Shown: positions 9,579 to 19,311, counted from the stretch's first letter. The stretch is 64,000 bases of DNA from an uncultured delta proteobacterium (GCA_963797235.1 CAWCOX010000008.1:115764-179763); one strand, 5' to 3'. Numbers and translations are program-made. Notes: generated by a model not told the origin, from the letters alone.

Positions 9579-10556
9579 ATGATTAAAACATTTTTCAATA
9601 AGCTATACGAGATCATCAAACGCAAATTACATATTTTGCGATGGATACTTTTAGGGATTTGTATCGTCTATACTGGCTGGTTTCTTTTTCATCATTTGAT
9701 GGATAAACCGCCAGAACCACGCGCCCTCCATTATTTAGACGAAGCAATTGTGATTGATCAGTTTAAAAAAAATAATAGTATTCTTCAAAATAATATCAAT
9801 GAAAAACTCAAATATTATCACGACAAAATATCAGAATTTTACAGAACAATATATTTCACTATAGCTCTTTGCATACTCGGCATTAATGTTGTGGTAAGTC
9901 ATGAAGCTATAGAGGTCCCTGGATTTCGTAGCATAAAGATTCCTACTTTTATTACTTATCTATTTATCCCCATTTTTCTGTGTTACTGCTGGCTTAGGTT
10001 TGGCTATTTATTGCATGATATTATTGGAGAACGGATTGCATTGATAAATTTAATCGATTGTCAATATGCCTTATGTAATAAGTTTCTTACTATACCGGCC
10101 ACATATATTGATTATAATTCAGTGACACTTGCTAACCAACTCAAAGATGCGTGTTTCCTTGATTCATGGTTTCTGGTGTTCTTACCAAAAAAATTATTTC
10201 CAACAGCACCACTATCAAATATGGATAACGTTATTTCTACTGCTGCTATGATATCAATAGCATGTCTACAAGGAATATCTCACGGTTTACAACTCGCTTT
10301 GCCGTTTAATTGGATTGAAAGGTTTAAGTATGTTGGCGTAGGTTATTTTTCAATTGGCCTCCTTTTTGCTATCATTTTTTTTATCGGTGGATCTCATTAC
10401 GCGTTCTATTACGTTGGACAAAATCCTAATTGGCTTCAGTTTATTATCCTTGGCGTAGCAATTGTAGCATTAGTATGTTTGACGCATAACAAAATACGCA
10501 CATTACATACCGCTGCTTTGCCAAAAGAAGGCGGTGGACAGGAAGATGGCGAGTAA
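9579..10556 (+). CDS. hypothetical polytopic membrane protein (orphan in AT-rich islet)
   Basis: 325-aa ORF with about 7 predicted TM helices and AT-rich codon usage unlike every neighbouring gene. No motif recognised. Confidence 0.6.
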   Translation: MIKTFFNKLYEIIKRKLHILRWILLGICIVYTGWFLFHHLMDKPPEPRALHYLDEAIVIDQFKKNNSILQNNINEKLKYYHDKISEFYRTIYFTIALCILGINVVVSHEAIEVPGFRSIKIPTFITYLFIPIFLCYCWLRFGYLLHDIIGERIALINLIDCQYALCNKFLTIPATYIDYNSVTLANQLKDACFLDSWFLVFLPKKLFPTAPLSNMDNVISTAAMISIACLQGISHGLQLALPFNWIERFKYVGVGYFSIGLLFAIIFFIGGSHYAFYYVGQNPNWLQFIILGVAIVALVCLTHNKIRTLHTAALPKEGGGQEDGE

Positions 10557-10729
10557 GGCGCACCCTATGGCTGGTAACTTAGGGCGTCTCGCCGATGGTC
10601 CAGAGTGGCGAGCAGGAACTGCACCCTCGCTATAGGCGCTGCTTTAAAGCGTTTTCACAGCAGATAGCTTGAGCTGGCGCAGGCGAGACGCCTGCGCTAC
10701 CATCTGCGTCAATCGGCGTTCATCGGCGG

Positions 10730-11773
10730 TTAAACATATTCGAGCGGTGGTTCGCCGTCTTTGCGGGCGGTGATTTCGCCGATGATGAAGGCCTGTTCGT
10801 TGAGGCCCTGGAGCCGGAGCAGGATGTCGGACACCTGGTCTTCGGCCACCACCAGGGTCAGGCCGATACCATTATTGAAGGTGCGCAGCATCTCGTCTTC
10901 CGGGATACTGCCCAGGGCGCGCAGCAGATGGAAGATGGGCGGCACCGGCCAGGACTGGCGCTGGATCACGGCCCGGCAGGTTTTGGGCAGGATGCGGGGC
11001 AGATTATCGGTGAGACCGCCGCCGGTGATGTGGCAGATGCCGCTCAGGGGGAAATCCCGCAGGAGGTTGAGAACCGTCTCCACGTAGATGCGGGTGGGCT
11101 TGAGGAGTTCATCCCCCAGGGAGCCGCCCAGCTCCGGGAAATCTTCGCTGATCTGGAAGCCGTGGCGTTCCAGGAAGACCCGGCGCGCCAGGGAGAAGCC
11201 GTTGGCATGGAGACCGCTGGAGGCGAGGCCGATGATCTTATGGCCCACGGCGATGTCGGAGCCGTCGATGATCTGGTCCCGCTCGACCACGCCCACCACA
11301 AAGCCGGCCAGGTCGTAGTCGCCGGCCTGATAGATCCCCGGCATCTCGGCGGTTTCGCCGCCGATCAGGGAGCAGCGGGCCTGCCGGCAGCCATTGGTGA
11401 CGCCCTCGATGATCTGGGTGGCAACGGTGGTGTCGAGGCTCCCCATGGCCAGGTAGTCCAGAAAGAAGAGCGGCGTGGCGCCGTGGGTGATGATGTCGTT
11501 GGCGCACATGGCCACCAGGTCGATGCCGATGGTGTCATGGCGGTCCATCAGGATGGCGATCTTGATCTTGGTGCCCACCCCGTCGGTGGAGGACACCAGC
11601 ACCGGGTCGCGGTATTTGTCGGCGCCCAGGTGAAAGAGGCCCCCGAAGGCGCCGATATCGCCCAAGACGCCGGTGCGGTAAGTGGATTTGACCAGGGGGC
11701 GGATCTGCTGGATAAAGTCGTCCGCCTTGTCGATGTCGACCCCGGCCTCCTTATAGGTGGTAATATCGGCCAT
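10730..11773 (-). CDS. purM: phosphoribosylformylglycinamidine cyclo-ligase (AIR synthetase)
   Basis: MADITTYKEAGVDIDKADDF, GAFGGLF, SSTDGVGTK, GGETAEMPG. The start is ATG 11773 or TTG 11794. Confidence 0.9.
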   Translation of the reverse strand: MADITTYKEAGVDIDKADDFIQQIRPLVKSTYRTGVLGDIGAFGGLFHLGADKYRDPVLVSSTDGVGTKIKIAILMDRHDTIGIDLVAMCANDIITHGATPLFFLDYLAMGSLDTTVATQIIEGVTNGCRQARCSLIGGETAEMPGIYQAGDYDLAGFVVGVVERDQIIDGSDIAVGHKIIGLASSGLHANGFSLARRVFLERHGFQISEDFPELGGSLGDELLKPTRIYVETVLNLLRDFPLSGICHITGGGLTDNLPRILPKTCRAVIQRQSWPVPPIFHLLRALGSIPEDEMLRTFNNGIGLTLVVAEDQVSDILLRLQGLNEQAFIIGEITARKDGEPPLEYV

Positions 11774-11810
11774 CTCCTTTGTTTCCCCCTTCAAAGGAAT
11801 GCCTGAGATC

Positions 11811-11845
11811 TAGTGGTCAGTGGTCAGTGGCCAGTTGTCAGTAAA
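11811..11845 (+). repeat. CAGTGGT heptamer array (5 units)
   Basis: tagtggt cagtggt cagtggc cagttgt cagtaaa lies between purM and the DUF134 gene. Confidence 0.85.
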
Positions 11846-11873
11846 AAAAGGCGACTAACGTCCCGCCTATAGT

Positions 11874-12269
11874 CTAAGCCTTATCCTCATCTTCTGCCGC
11901 CGCCTGCTGGCAGCAGCACTCGGGCCGGGGCTCGCCGCCCTCCGACTCCGTCCACTGGCCGCAAGAGGCGCACTGCTGCCCCAGGCGGTAATCCCCGCCT
12001 TGAATGCAAATGGCCTTGCCCTGCACCAGGGCCTCGGCCACGGTACGGTGAGCCCGGGCCAGCATCCGCGTAACCGTGGGGCGGGAGACTTGCATCTTCT
12101 GGGCCACTTCCTCCTGGGTCATCTCCAGGTAATCGGCCAGACGCATGGCCTCCAATTCGTCCACGGTAATAACTGCCTGTTCCAAGGCCCTGAGGGGGAT
12201 GCCCCGGGGTTTGAAGAAGGTCACCCCCGGTTCGGTTTCCACCCAGCGGCACTTTTTGGGTCTGCCCAT
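11874..12269 (-). CDS. DUF134 (UPF0251) family DNA-binding protein
   Basis: MGRPKKCRWVETEPGVTFFKPRGIP plus an HTH (MTQEEVAQKMQVSRPTVTRML) and a Cys-rich tail. Confidence 0.8.
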   Translation of the reverse strand: MGRPKKCRWVETEPGVTFFKPRGIPLRALEQAVITVDELEAMRLADYLEMTQEEVAQKMQVSRPTVTRMLARAHRTVAEALVQGKAICIQGGDYRLGQQCASCGQWTESEGGEPRPECCCQQAAAEDEDKA

Positions 12270-12427
12270 GGCTTCCTATCTGACGTTAATAATATTGTCT
12301 GTATTTTTAAAGTAATTCTGGCCCCTGTCAAGGGCAAAGCGAAATTTGGCCGGCGGCGCCGACGGACATTGACGCGGCCGGTAAAGGGGCTTATCCTTAA
12401 AAAACTGAGCGTCGCAAAGGAGCGCCA

Positions 12428-13255
12428 TTGACTCAAACATACCGGGAACAGGTGGAGGAATGCGCCCGTTTCGTAGCCCCCCGGCTGGAGGAGAAGCCGG
12501 AGTGGGGCCTGATTTTAGGAACCGGCCAGAAACTGATGCCGTCTAAAATGATGGGCGGGGGGTCTCTGTCCTATGCCGAGCTGCCCCACTTCCCCCGGGC
12601 CACCAGCCCCAGCCACCGCGGCACCCTTTATTGGGGCCGGCTGGGGGGCAAACCGGTCCTCCTGTCCCACGGCCGGGTCCATGCCTATGAAGGCTATTCC
12701 CTGGCCCAGGCCACCTTCTCAGTCCGGCTGATGGCGGCTCTGGGCGTCAAGACCCTGGTGCTCACCAATGCCGCGGGCGGACTCAATCCGCAGTTCCGGG
12801 CCGGGGAATTGATGCTCATCTGCGACCAGATCAACTTTATGTGGGACAATCCCCTGATTGGCGAGAATGTCGAGGCCTGGGGGCCCCGTTTCCCCGACAT
12901 GAGCCGGGTGTACGACCCGGCCTGGCGGGATCTGACCGCGGCAGTGGCCCGGCGCCAAGGGCTGACCTTACGCCAGGGGGTCTATGTGGCCCTCAAGGGA
13001 CCCAGCCTGGAAACCCCGGCGGAAACCCGGATGCTGCGAATCATCGGGGCCGACGCGGTGGGCATGTCCACCGTGCCCGAGGCCATCGTGGCGGTGCACG
13101 CCGGGCTCAGGGTCCTGGGAATTTCGGTCCTCAGCAATCTCAATCTGCCGGACGCCATGGCCCCCATCGCCCTGGAAGAGATCATCGCCACCGTGGCCGG
13201 GGCCGAGCCCCAGTTGGTGGAGTTGCTGTTGGGGGTGTTGCAAGAGGCGGATTAG
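12428..13255 (+). CDS. purine nucleoside phosphorylase (PNP/MTAP family 2)
   Basis: HRGTLYWG, GRVHAYEGY, VLTNAAGGLN, GMSTVPE. TTG start with an aaaggag SD. Confidence 0.85.
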   Translation: MTQTYREQVEECARFVAPRLEEKPEWGLILGTGQKLMPSKMMGGGSLSYAELPHFPRATSPSHRGTLYWGRLGGKPVLLSHGRVHAYEGYSLAQATFSVRLMAALGVKTLVLTNAAGGLNPQFRAGELMLICDQINFMWDNPLIGENVEAWGPRFPDMSRVYDPAWRDLTAAVARRQGLTLRQGVYVALKGPSLETPAETRMLRIIGADAVGMSTVPEAIVAVHAGLRVLGISVLSNLNLPDAMAPIALEEIIATVAGAEPQLVELLLGVLQEAD

Positions 13256-13349
13256 CGGACAGGTTTCGGGTTGAGCCAACCGTCATTCTGAGCCAGGAAC
13301 GCAGGCCGCGGCCCTGGTCAGAATGGCGACTGAATGCAGTCGAAAAACG

Positions 13350-13616
13350 CTAGCCCTTCTTCTTGCGCGGCTTCTTAGGCTTAGACACTGGCGCCTGGGG
13401 AGCCTTCGGGGCAGCAGGAGCCGCCGTGGCGACGGGAACCGCCGCCTGGGGGCGAGTCGCCGGGTGGGCGGCCGGAGCCGCCTCGGCCCGCGGACCAAGA
13501 ACATAAACCCGCTCCGCCGGCGGGAGATTATCCAGGGACCGCCCACATTTGGGGCAGACCCGCAGGGACAGGGGATTCGTGATGTTGCACCCCGGACATT
13601 TCAACCACAGACCCAT
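13350..13616 (-). CDS. small zinc-ribbon protein with Pro/Ala-rich basic tail
   Basis: CPGC-x13-CPKC zinc ribbon. AGGAG lies 8 nt upstream of ATG 13616. Confidence 0.55.
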   Translation of the reverse strand: MGLWLKCPGCNITNPLSLRVCPKCGRSLDNLPPAERVYVLGPRAEAAPAAHPATRPQAAVPVATAAPAAPKAPQAPVSKPKKPRKKKG

Positions 13617-13867
13617 GGGCATTCTCCTGAATATTTCATTACCATTGTTAGGTTTCCATTATCATTAGCAAAACCGGCGGCATTCTTCAAGAGTTTTATG
13701 TTGTTAGCCGTCCAGAGAGAGCAGGGGGCAATTAGCAAATAACCAGCTATTTCATATTCTTAGTTCACTTAGAAATTCATTCTGGTGCAGACTGCAATAA
13801 CCTGGGCTTTGGCTGGAGGCAGGAATTTTCCGGGCAATTTTGCCAACCTCTGAGAAGGAGATGACGT

Positions 13868-14260
13868 ATGAAGAAAATCGCCATTGAGACCAACCAGGCT
13901 CCGGCCGCCATCGGTCCTTACACCCAGGCCCTGGCCGTGGGCCCCTTTGTCTTTGTGTCCGGGCAGATTCCCGTGGATCCGCAAGGCAACGTGGTGCCTG
14001 GGGATATCGTGGTCCAGACCTGCCAGGTGATCGCCAACCTCAAGGCCATCCTGTCCGCCGCGGGCCTGGGCTTAAAAGACGTGGTGAAAACCACGGTCTA
14101 TCTCACCGATCTGGCCGATTTCCAGGAAATGAACCGGGCCTACGCCGAATTTTTTCCGGGGCATCCGCCGGCCCGCAGCACCGTGCAGGTAGGCGGCCTG
14201 GCCCGGGGCGTTTCCATCGAGATCGACGCCATTGCCGCCAAACGGGACTGGCCGACTTGA
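13868..14260 (+). CDS. ridA: RidA/YjgF family reactive-intermediate deaminase
   Basis: APAAIGPYTQA, VFVSGQIP, KTTVYL, PARSTVQV. SD aaggag. Confidence 0.9.
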   Translation: MKKIAIETNQAPAAIGPYTQALAVGPFVFVSGQIPVDPQGNVVPGDIVVQTCQVIANLKAILSAAGLGLKDVVKTTVYLTDLADFQEMNRAYAEFFPGHPPARSTVQVGGLARGVSIEIDAIAAKRDWPT

Positions 14261-14310
14261 GCCGGGAAAATTAAGGAACCACCAGGGGCGCGGCTGCTTA
14301 GAGCCGCGCC

Positions 14311-14352
14311 TGAAAAAAAGAAAGGGCGGACTCAAAGTCCGCCTTCTCTTTT
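14311..14352. terminator. bidirectional rho-independent terminator
   Basis: Stem ggcggac/gtccgcc (14325-14343) has an A-run upstream and ttctctttt downstream. It serves ridA (+) and the 14866-14471 unit (-). Confidence 0.7.
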
Positions 14353-14470
14353 GCCGCGGCTCCGGCGGCAAGATCCTTGGCGAGATGATTTTTCCCGCGG
14401 CCCCGCGGGGGCAGGGGCGGCTGGGGGGGAAAGTTCGCCGGTTTCCCGCTTGGGATTTAGGGGCCCAATC

Positions 14471-14527
14471 TCAGCCGGTCGTCAACATCAGCAACGCCAG
14501 AATGATCACCATCACCCACTTTCTCAT
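14471..14527 (-). CDS. 18-aa hydrophobic peptide (MRKWVMVIILALLMLTTG)
   Basis: ATG 14527 is preceded by GGAGGTG (14532-14538) at 4-nt spacing. It lies between the coiled-coil gene and the terminator and is below the ORF-track length cut-off. Confidence 0.45.
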   Translation of the reverse strand: MRKWVMVIILALLMLTTG

Positions 14528-14581
14528 GCCGCACCTCCAAACTCCTTGCCAGTGGCGCTGCCGCTGGACAACCTATCGGGA

Positions 14582-14866
14582 TCAATCGTGTTTTGATTTG
14601 GAGGACTCCCAACCCTTCTTCAAGTCTTCCAGGGCCTTTTCAAAACCTTCCTTGAGGTTTTCCCAGGCTGGGCCGCTGGCGGCCTTAAGGTCTTTAAGCT
14701 TCTGCTGAGCCGCCTCCAGCTTGGGTTTCAGGGCATCTATCTGTTTATTCATTTCGATCTTGGCCTCGACGCTGGCTACGTTGGCCTTGGCCCTCAACAC
14801 CTCCAGATGGGCCCTCAACTCCGCTATCTGGGCCTCTTTCTTCTCCTGATATAATTTCATATCCAT
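14582..14866 (-). CDS. coiled-coil protein, function unknown
   Basis: 94-aa Lys/Glu/Ala-rich heptad sequence. AAGGAG lies 6 nt upstream of the ATG. Confidence 0.65.
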   Translation of the reverse strand: MDMKLYQEKKEAQIAELRAHLEVLRAKANVASVEAKIEMNKQIDALKPKLEAAQQKLKDLKAASGPAWENLKEGFEKALEDLKKGWESSKSKHD

Positions 14867-14957
14867 GGCGGACTCCTTGTAATCATCGGTTTAGAGGTAG
14901 AATTCAGATAATCATTTTTCACCCCTTGTCAATGGGCTGTTCCTGTCGGTCTCGGTA

Positions 14958-14993
14958 CTTAACATCTGATAAATTAATTAAACAAGTGTTAAG
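14958..14993 (+). promoter_or_regulatory. inverted repeat CTTAACA-N22-TGTTAAG, candidate enhancer (UAS) for the hdr-type operon
   Basis: 7-bp inverted repeat centred about 100 bp upstream of the -24 element at 15077. A related TTAACA motif is duplicated at 22802-22823 next to the EBP gene. Confidence 0.3.
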
Positions 14994-15076
14994 GAGAGGT
15001 TTTTCCCAGGCCTGGGATGGGATTTGCAACTAACTAAATTTCTTGCTCAATTTTTATGCAGCGGCATTCGGGCTCT

Positions 15077-15092
15077 TGGCATTGATATTGCT
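15077..15092 (+). promoter_or_regulatory. sigma-54 (-24/-12) promoter
   Basis: TGGCAT-tgata-TTGCT with exact GG-N10-GC spacing, 60 nt upstream of the tusA ATG. Confidence 0.75.
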
Positions 15093-15152
15093 TTATTAAA
15101 ACCCGAACCCCCCGGCGAACAGACCGGGATCAGCAATTAGAAGGAGAAAACG

Positions 15153-15404
15153 ATGGCAACCGATCTGACGACTCTGCAAGCCGCCGTGGTGGTGGACTGC
15201 CGGGGCAGCGCCTGCCCGGGGCCACTCCTGGAGGCCAAGAAGGCCATTGGCCGGGTGAAAGTGGGCGAGATCCTGGAGGTGCTCTCCAATGATCCGGGCA
15301 CCAAGAGCGATATGCCCCTGTGGGCCATGAAAGTGGGTCACGAATTCCTGGGCTCCCTGGCCGCGGACGGCTACGACCGGATTTTTGTGGTCCGAAAGAA
15401 ATAG
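15153..15404 (+). CDS. tusA: sulfur carrier protein TusA/SirA family
   Basis: DCRGSACPGPLLEAKKAI (CPxP active-site motif). SD gaaggag. Confidence 0.85.
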   Translation: MATDLTTLQAAVVVDCRGSACPGPLLEAKKAIGRVKVGEILEVLSNDPGTKSDMPLWAMKVGHEFLGSLAADGYDRIFVVRKK

Positions 15405-15475
15405 GCTGGACCTCAGGGCAAGGGGGCGCTGACCCTGGCAACCACCGGGAGATTGGCTATCTGATAGGAGGCCGC

Positions 15476-15937
15476 ATGGGGGCCGAGAAGTACGCCGGCA
15501 AAATATTGATTCTGGCCACGGAAAGCTGCGCCTATCCAGGGGCCGACGCCGTGGGCCAGGGGCACCAGAGCTATCCGGCCAATACCTTCATCCTCCGGGT
15601 CAAGGACCCGGTGCTCTTCCCGGAGAAATTTTATCTGGATTGCTTCGCCAAGGGCATCGCCGGCATCATCATCATGTCCTGCGGGGTGGAGTCGCCCTAC
15701 CCGGGGTCCTATGAAGCCCTGGCGAAGCGCATCGACCGGGTCTATCCCCTGATGAGGGCGAGCGGCCTGGATATTCGCCGGCTGCGGCTGACCGCCATCT
15801 GCACGGTCTGCACCCGGGCCTTTCTGAACGAAGTGCGGCTGATGAACGACCTGGTCTCGGAGTTGGGACCGCCCGGCCGGGAGCGGCCGGCGGCGGCCGT
15901 TCAGGAGCAGCAGGCATGGGTCCGCAGCCAAACCTGA
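15476..15937 (+). CDS. MvhD/FlpD-like protein (Cys-depleted variant)
   Basis: KILILATESCAYPGADAVG...YPANTFILRV...GIIIMSC follows the FlpD fold pattern. Several cluster-binding Cys of canonical MvhD are missing. SD aggagg. Confidence 0.7.
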   Translation: MGAEKYAGKILILATESCAYPGADAVGQGHQSYPANTFILRVKDPVLFPEKFYLDCFAKGIAGIIIMSCGVESPYPGSYEALAKRIDRVYPLMRASGLDIRRLRLTAICTVCTRAFLNEVRLMNDLVSELGPPGRERPAAAVQEQQAWVRSQT

Positions 15938-17541
15938 AATTTGACGCCCTGGTCCTGGGCGGGGGCATCGCCGGGTTGGAGGCGGCCCTGAACCTGGCGG
16001 AGCAGGATTTTTCGGTGGCCGTCGTCGAAAAGGACGCCTCCATCGGCGGCAAGATGATCCGGCTCTCCAAGGTCTTCCCCACCCTGGATTGCTCCAGTTG
16101 CATCACTACTCCCAAGATGGCCGCGGCGGCGCATCATCCCAGGATCACCCTGCTCACTTACTGCGAGCTGCAAGCGCTGGCCCGCCGGGGCGACGAGCTG
16201 GTGGCGTCGATCACCCAAAAGCCGCGCTACGTGGACCTGGAGAAGTGCATCGGCTGCCGCCAGTGCGAATATCAGTGCCCGGTGCTGGCCGCCGATGGCG
16301 AGCAGGGTGGCTTTGCGGGCCGGAAGGCCATTTATATCCCCTTCTCCAACGCCATTCCTCCCAAGGCCCTGATCGATCCGGAGAACTGCATCCTGTGCGG
16401 CCGCTGTGCCAAGGCCTGCCCCACCGGAGCGGTCAATTACTTCCAGGAGCCGGAGGACTTCACCCTGACGGCGGCCACCGCGGTGATTGCCACCGGCTTC
16501 GAGATGATACCGCTGGAAGATAAGGTGCAGTATGGCCAGGGCCGGATTCCCGATGTGATTACGGCCTTGCAGATGGAGAGGCTGCTGGCGCCCCACGGGC
16601 CTTATAACCGGGTCCTGAGGCCTTACGACGGCAAGGAGCCCGATTCCGTGGCCTTTATCCAGTGCGCCGGTTCCCGGGACCAGAGTATGGGGGTGCCGTA
16701 TTGCTCCCGGGTCTGCTGCATGTACGCCATCAAACAGGCCATGCTGCTGTCCGGCTCGCTGCCCCTGGCGGACCTGACCGTCTACTATATGGACATTCGG
16801 GCCTTCGGCAAGGGCTATGAGCAGTTCTTCCAGAACGCCCAGGCCATGGGGGTCAATTTCGTCAAAGGCAAGGTGGCTTACGTGGAGCCGGGCGCAGACG
16901 GAGCGGTGCGGCTGCGCTACGAATCCCAGGAGGCCGAGGGCGGAGTGCAGGTGGCCGAACACGACCTGGTGGTGCTATCCCTGGGCCTGCTGCCGGGGTG
17001 GCTGCCGGACGGCCGCTGTGCCCTGGCCACCGGGGCGGATAACTTCATCAAGACTGTGAAACCAAAGCTGGCGCCGACCCTGACCGGGCTGGACGGGGTA
17101 TTTGTCGCCGGCGCCGCGGCCGGACCCAAGGATATCGTGGACAGCATCGTGGAGGCAGGCGCTGCGGCCATGGAGGCCTGCCGGTATTTAAGTAGCACCA
17201 GAAATAATGTAGGACAGGCGCCCTCGCCTGTCCAGGACAGCCGGAGGGCGGCTGTCCTACATGCAATTGCCGGAGAAAGCTTAATGGCGAAGACCAAGAA
17301 CCCCAACCCCGCTCCTGAAGCCAAAGTCGGGGTCTACGTCTGTCATTGCGGCGGCAACATTTCCGACGCCGTGGACGTGGCCCAGGGTTTGCGAGCAAGC
17401 CCGCAAGGTGCCAGGGGTGGTGGTGGCCCGGGACCATATGTTCATGTGCTCCGATCCCGGCCAGGAACTGATTATCGGGGACCTGCAGAGCGGGGTGGTG
17501 GACCGGGTGGTGGTGGCCTCCTGCTCGCCCAGTCTGCATGA
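15916..17541 (+). CDS. HdrA/QmoA-like FAD and FeS oxidoreductase (paralogue 1); the conserved part ends near 17180 and no in-frame stop follows
   Basis: VLGGGIAGLEAAL, TLDCSSCITTPKM, CIGCRQCEYQCP, CILCGRCAKACP, CAGSRD, YCSRVCC. As written, the frame runs on through a hairpin repeat and the start of the next gene to 17541. Confidence 0.75.
   Translation: MGPQPNLKFDALVLGGGIAGLEAALNLAEQDFSVAVVEKDASIGGKMIRLSKVFPTLDCSSCITTPKMAAAAHHPRITLLTYCELQALARRGDELVASITQKPRYVDLEKCIGCRQCEYQCPVLAADGEQGGFAGRKAIYIPFSNAIPPKALIDPENCILCGRCAKACPTGAVNYFQEPEDFTLTAATAVIATGFEMIPLEDKVQYGQGRIPDVITALQMERLLAPHGPYNRVLRPYDGKEPDSVAFIQCAGSRDQSMGVPYCSRVCCMYAIKQAMLLSGSLPLADLTVYYMDIRAFGKGYEQFFQNAQAMGVNFVKGKVAYVEPGADGAVRLRYESQEAEGGVQVAEHDLVVLSLGLLPGWLPDGRCALATGADNFIKTVKPKLAPTLTGLDGVFVAGAAAGPKDIVDSIVEAGAAAMEACRYLSSTRNNVGQAPSPVQDSRRAAVLHAIAGESLMAKTKNPNPAPEAKVGVYVCHCGGNISDAVDVAQGLRASPQGARGGGGPGPYVHVLRSRPGTDYRGPAERGGGPGGGGLLLAQSA
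17209..17260. repeat. double GGACAG hairpin element bounded by GTAG...CTAC
   Basis: gtaggacaggcgccctcgcctgtcc aggacagccggagggcggctgtcctac. Related hairpins occur at 24785 and 35120. Confidence 0.8.
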
Positions 17542-19222
17542 GGCCACGTTTCGCCACGCCCTGGCCCGGGCCGGAGCCAACCCTTACGTGTACGAACAGG
17601 CCAATCTGCGGGAACAGGTGAGTTGGGTGCATCACGGCGCCGAAGCCACGGAGAAGGCCAGCCGGCTGGTGGCCGCGGCCGCGGGCAAGGCCAGGAGGCT
17701 CAAGCCCCTGGAACCCATCCGGGTCGAGGTCGAGCGCCGGGCGGTGGTGCTCGGGGGCGGCGTAGCCGGGCTCAAGAGCGCCCTGGAACTGGCCGAGCGT
17801 GGCCTGGCGGTGACCCTGGTGGAGAAGAGCCCCTTCCTGGGGGGGCAGGTGGCGCAGTTAGCGCGTCTGGCGCCTGACGGCGAAACCGCCGCAGCAGTCA
17901 TCGGCGAGCTGGCCGGCGCAGTCCTGCGGCATCCGGCCATCACGGTGCTCACCTGCGCCCGGGTGGAAGAGTTCGGGGGCTATATCGGCAATTTCAAGCT
18001 CAAGGTGGTCAGGCAGACACCGACAGGCGAGGACTATGCCGAGCGCTGGGCCAGGCTGAGTCAGTCCGGGCGGGGCCTGGGGGAATATGTGCCCTTCGTG
18101 GGGGTCATGCCGACGGCCCTTCCCGAAGTCACTGAGGAGTTTGACCTGGCGGCCGGGGTTATCGTCGTGGCCACGGGTTTCCGGCCTTACCGACCCCGGC
18201 GGGGGGAATACGGCTATGGCGACTTTCCGGAGGTGGTGACCCTGCCGGAGTTCATCCGCCTGGTAGCCGAGGCCGAGGCCGGCGACACCCTGGTGTTAAA
18301 CGGCCGGGTTATCCGCCGGGCCGCCCTGGTCCACTGCGTGGGCAGCCGCCAGATCCCGGGCATCCATGCAGAGAATGACGGCGGCTACCTGAACGAGTAT
18401 TGCTCCCGCACCTGCTGCAGCGCCACGCTCTACGCCGCCAACCAGATTCGGGAGCAATACCCTAAAACGCGGCTATTCGATTTTTACCGGGACATTCGCA
18501 CCTATGGCCGGGGGCAGGAGGAGCTTTACACCCAGGCGGCCCAAAACGGCACCCTGTTCTTTCGCTTCGAGGCTGGCGAGGAGCCGCAGGTCTGGAGGAA
18601 TCCCGACCCCCAAGGGCCGCCGCTGCTGGTCAGGGTGAAGGATGTCTTGACCTTCGGCGAAGAATTAGAGGTGCCGGTGGACCTGGTGGTGCTGGCGGTG
18701 GGCCAGGAGCCCAATGACCTCGCCGACCTGGTGGAGAAGCTGAAGATCCCCGTGGGCGCCGACCGTTTCCTCCAGGAGGTCCACCCCAAGCTGCGCCCCG
18801 TGGAAGTGTCCGTGGCCGGCATCCTGCTGGCCGGGACCTGCCAGGCCCCCTTTGACGTGGGCGAAAGCTGTGCGGCAGCCGGGGCCGCGGCGGTCAAGGC
18901 CGCGGCGATCCTGACCCGGGGTTATGTGGAACTGGACCCCTTTGTTGCGGAGGTGGATCTCAGCCAGTGCGTGGGCACCGGCGCCTGCGTCGAGGCCTGC
19001 CTGGCCGATGGGGCCCTGGCTATGGTTGAGGTTGAGGTGGCGGGCGAGAAGGTGCGGCGCGCCCGGGTCAATCCGGCCCTGTGTCTGGGCTGCGGCGCCT
19101 GCGTGGCCGTCTGTTCGGAAAACGCCATCAACCTCCAGGGCTGGACCCTGAAGCAGTACGAGGCCATGGTGGAGATGATCGTCTCGGACGATTATCTGGA
19201 AGAGGCTGAAGGGGTTGGATGA
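17284..19222 (+). pseudogene. HdrA/QmoB-like FAD and FeS oxidoreductase (paralogue 2) with one frameshift at the GGG run 17385-17387
   Basis: The N-terminus MAKTKNP...VGVYVCHCGGNISDAVDVAQ is in one frame. VCEQARKVPGVVVARDHMFMCSDPGQ...VLGGGVAGLKSALELA...YCSRTCC...CVGTGACVEAC...CLGCGACVAVC is in the next frame. Removing one G joins them. Confidence 0.8.
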
Positions 19223-19311
19223 GCACTTTAAAATCCCCCTAAATCCCCCTTTTTCAAAGGGGGACTTAAATACGGGCCGTACCCTCAGCTTGGTTCGCCT
19301 TGAGGTTTCCT

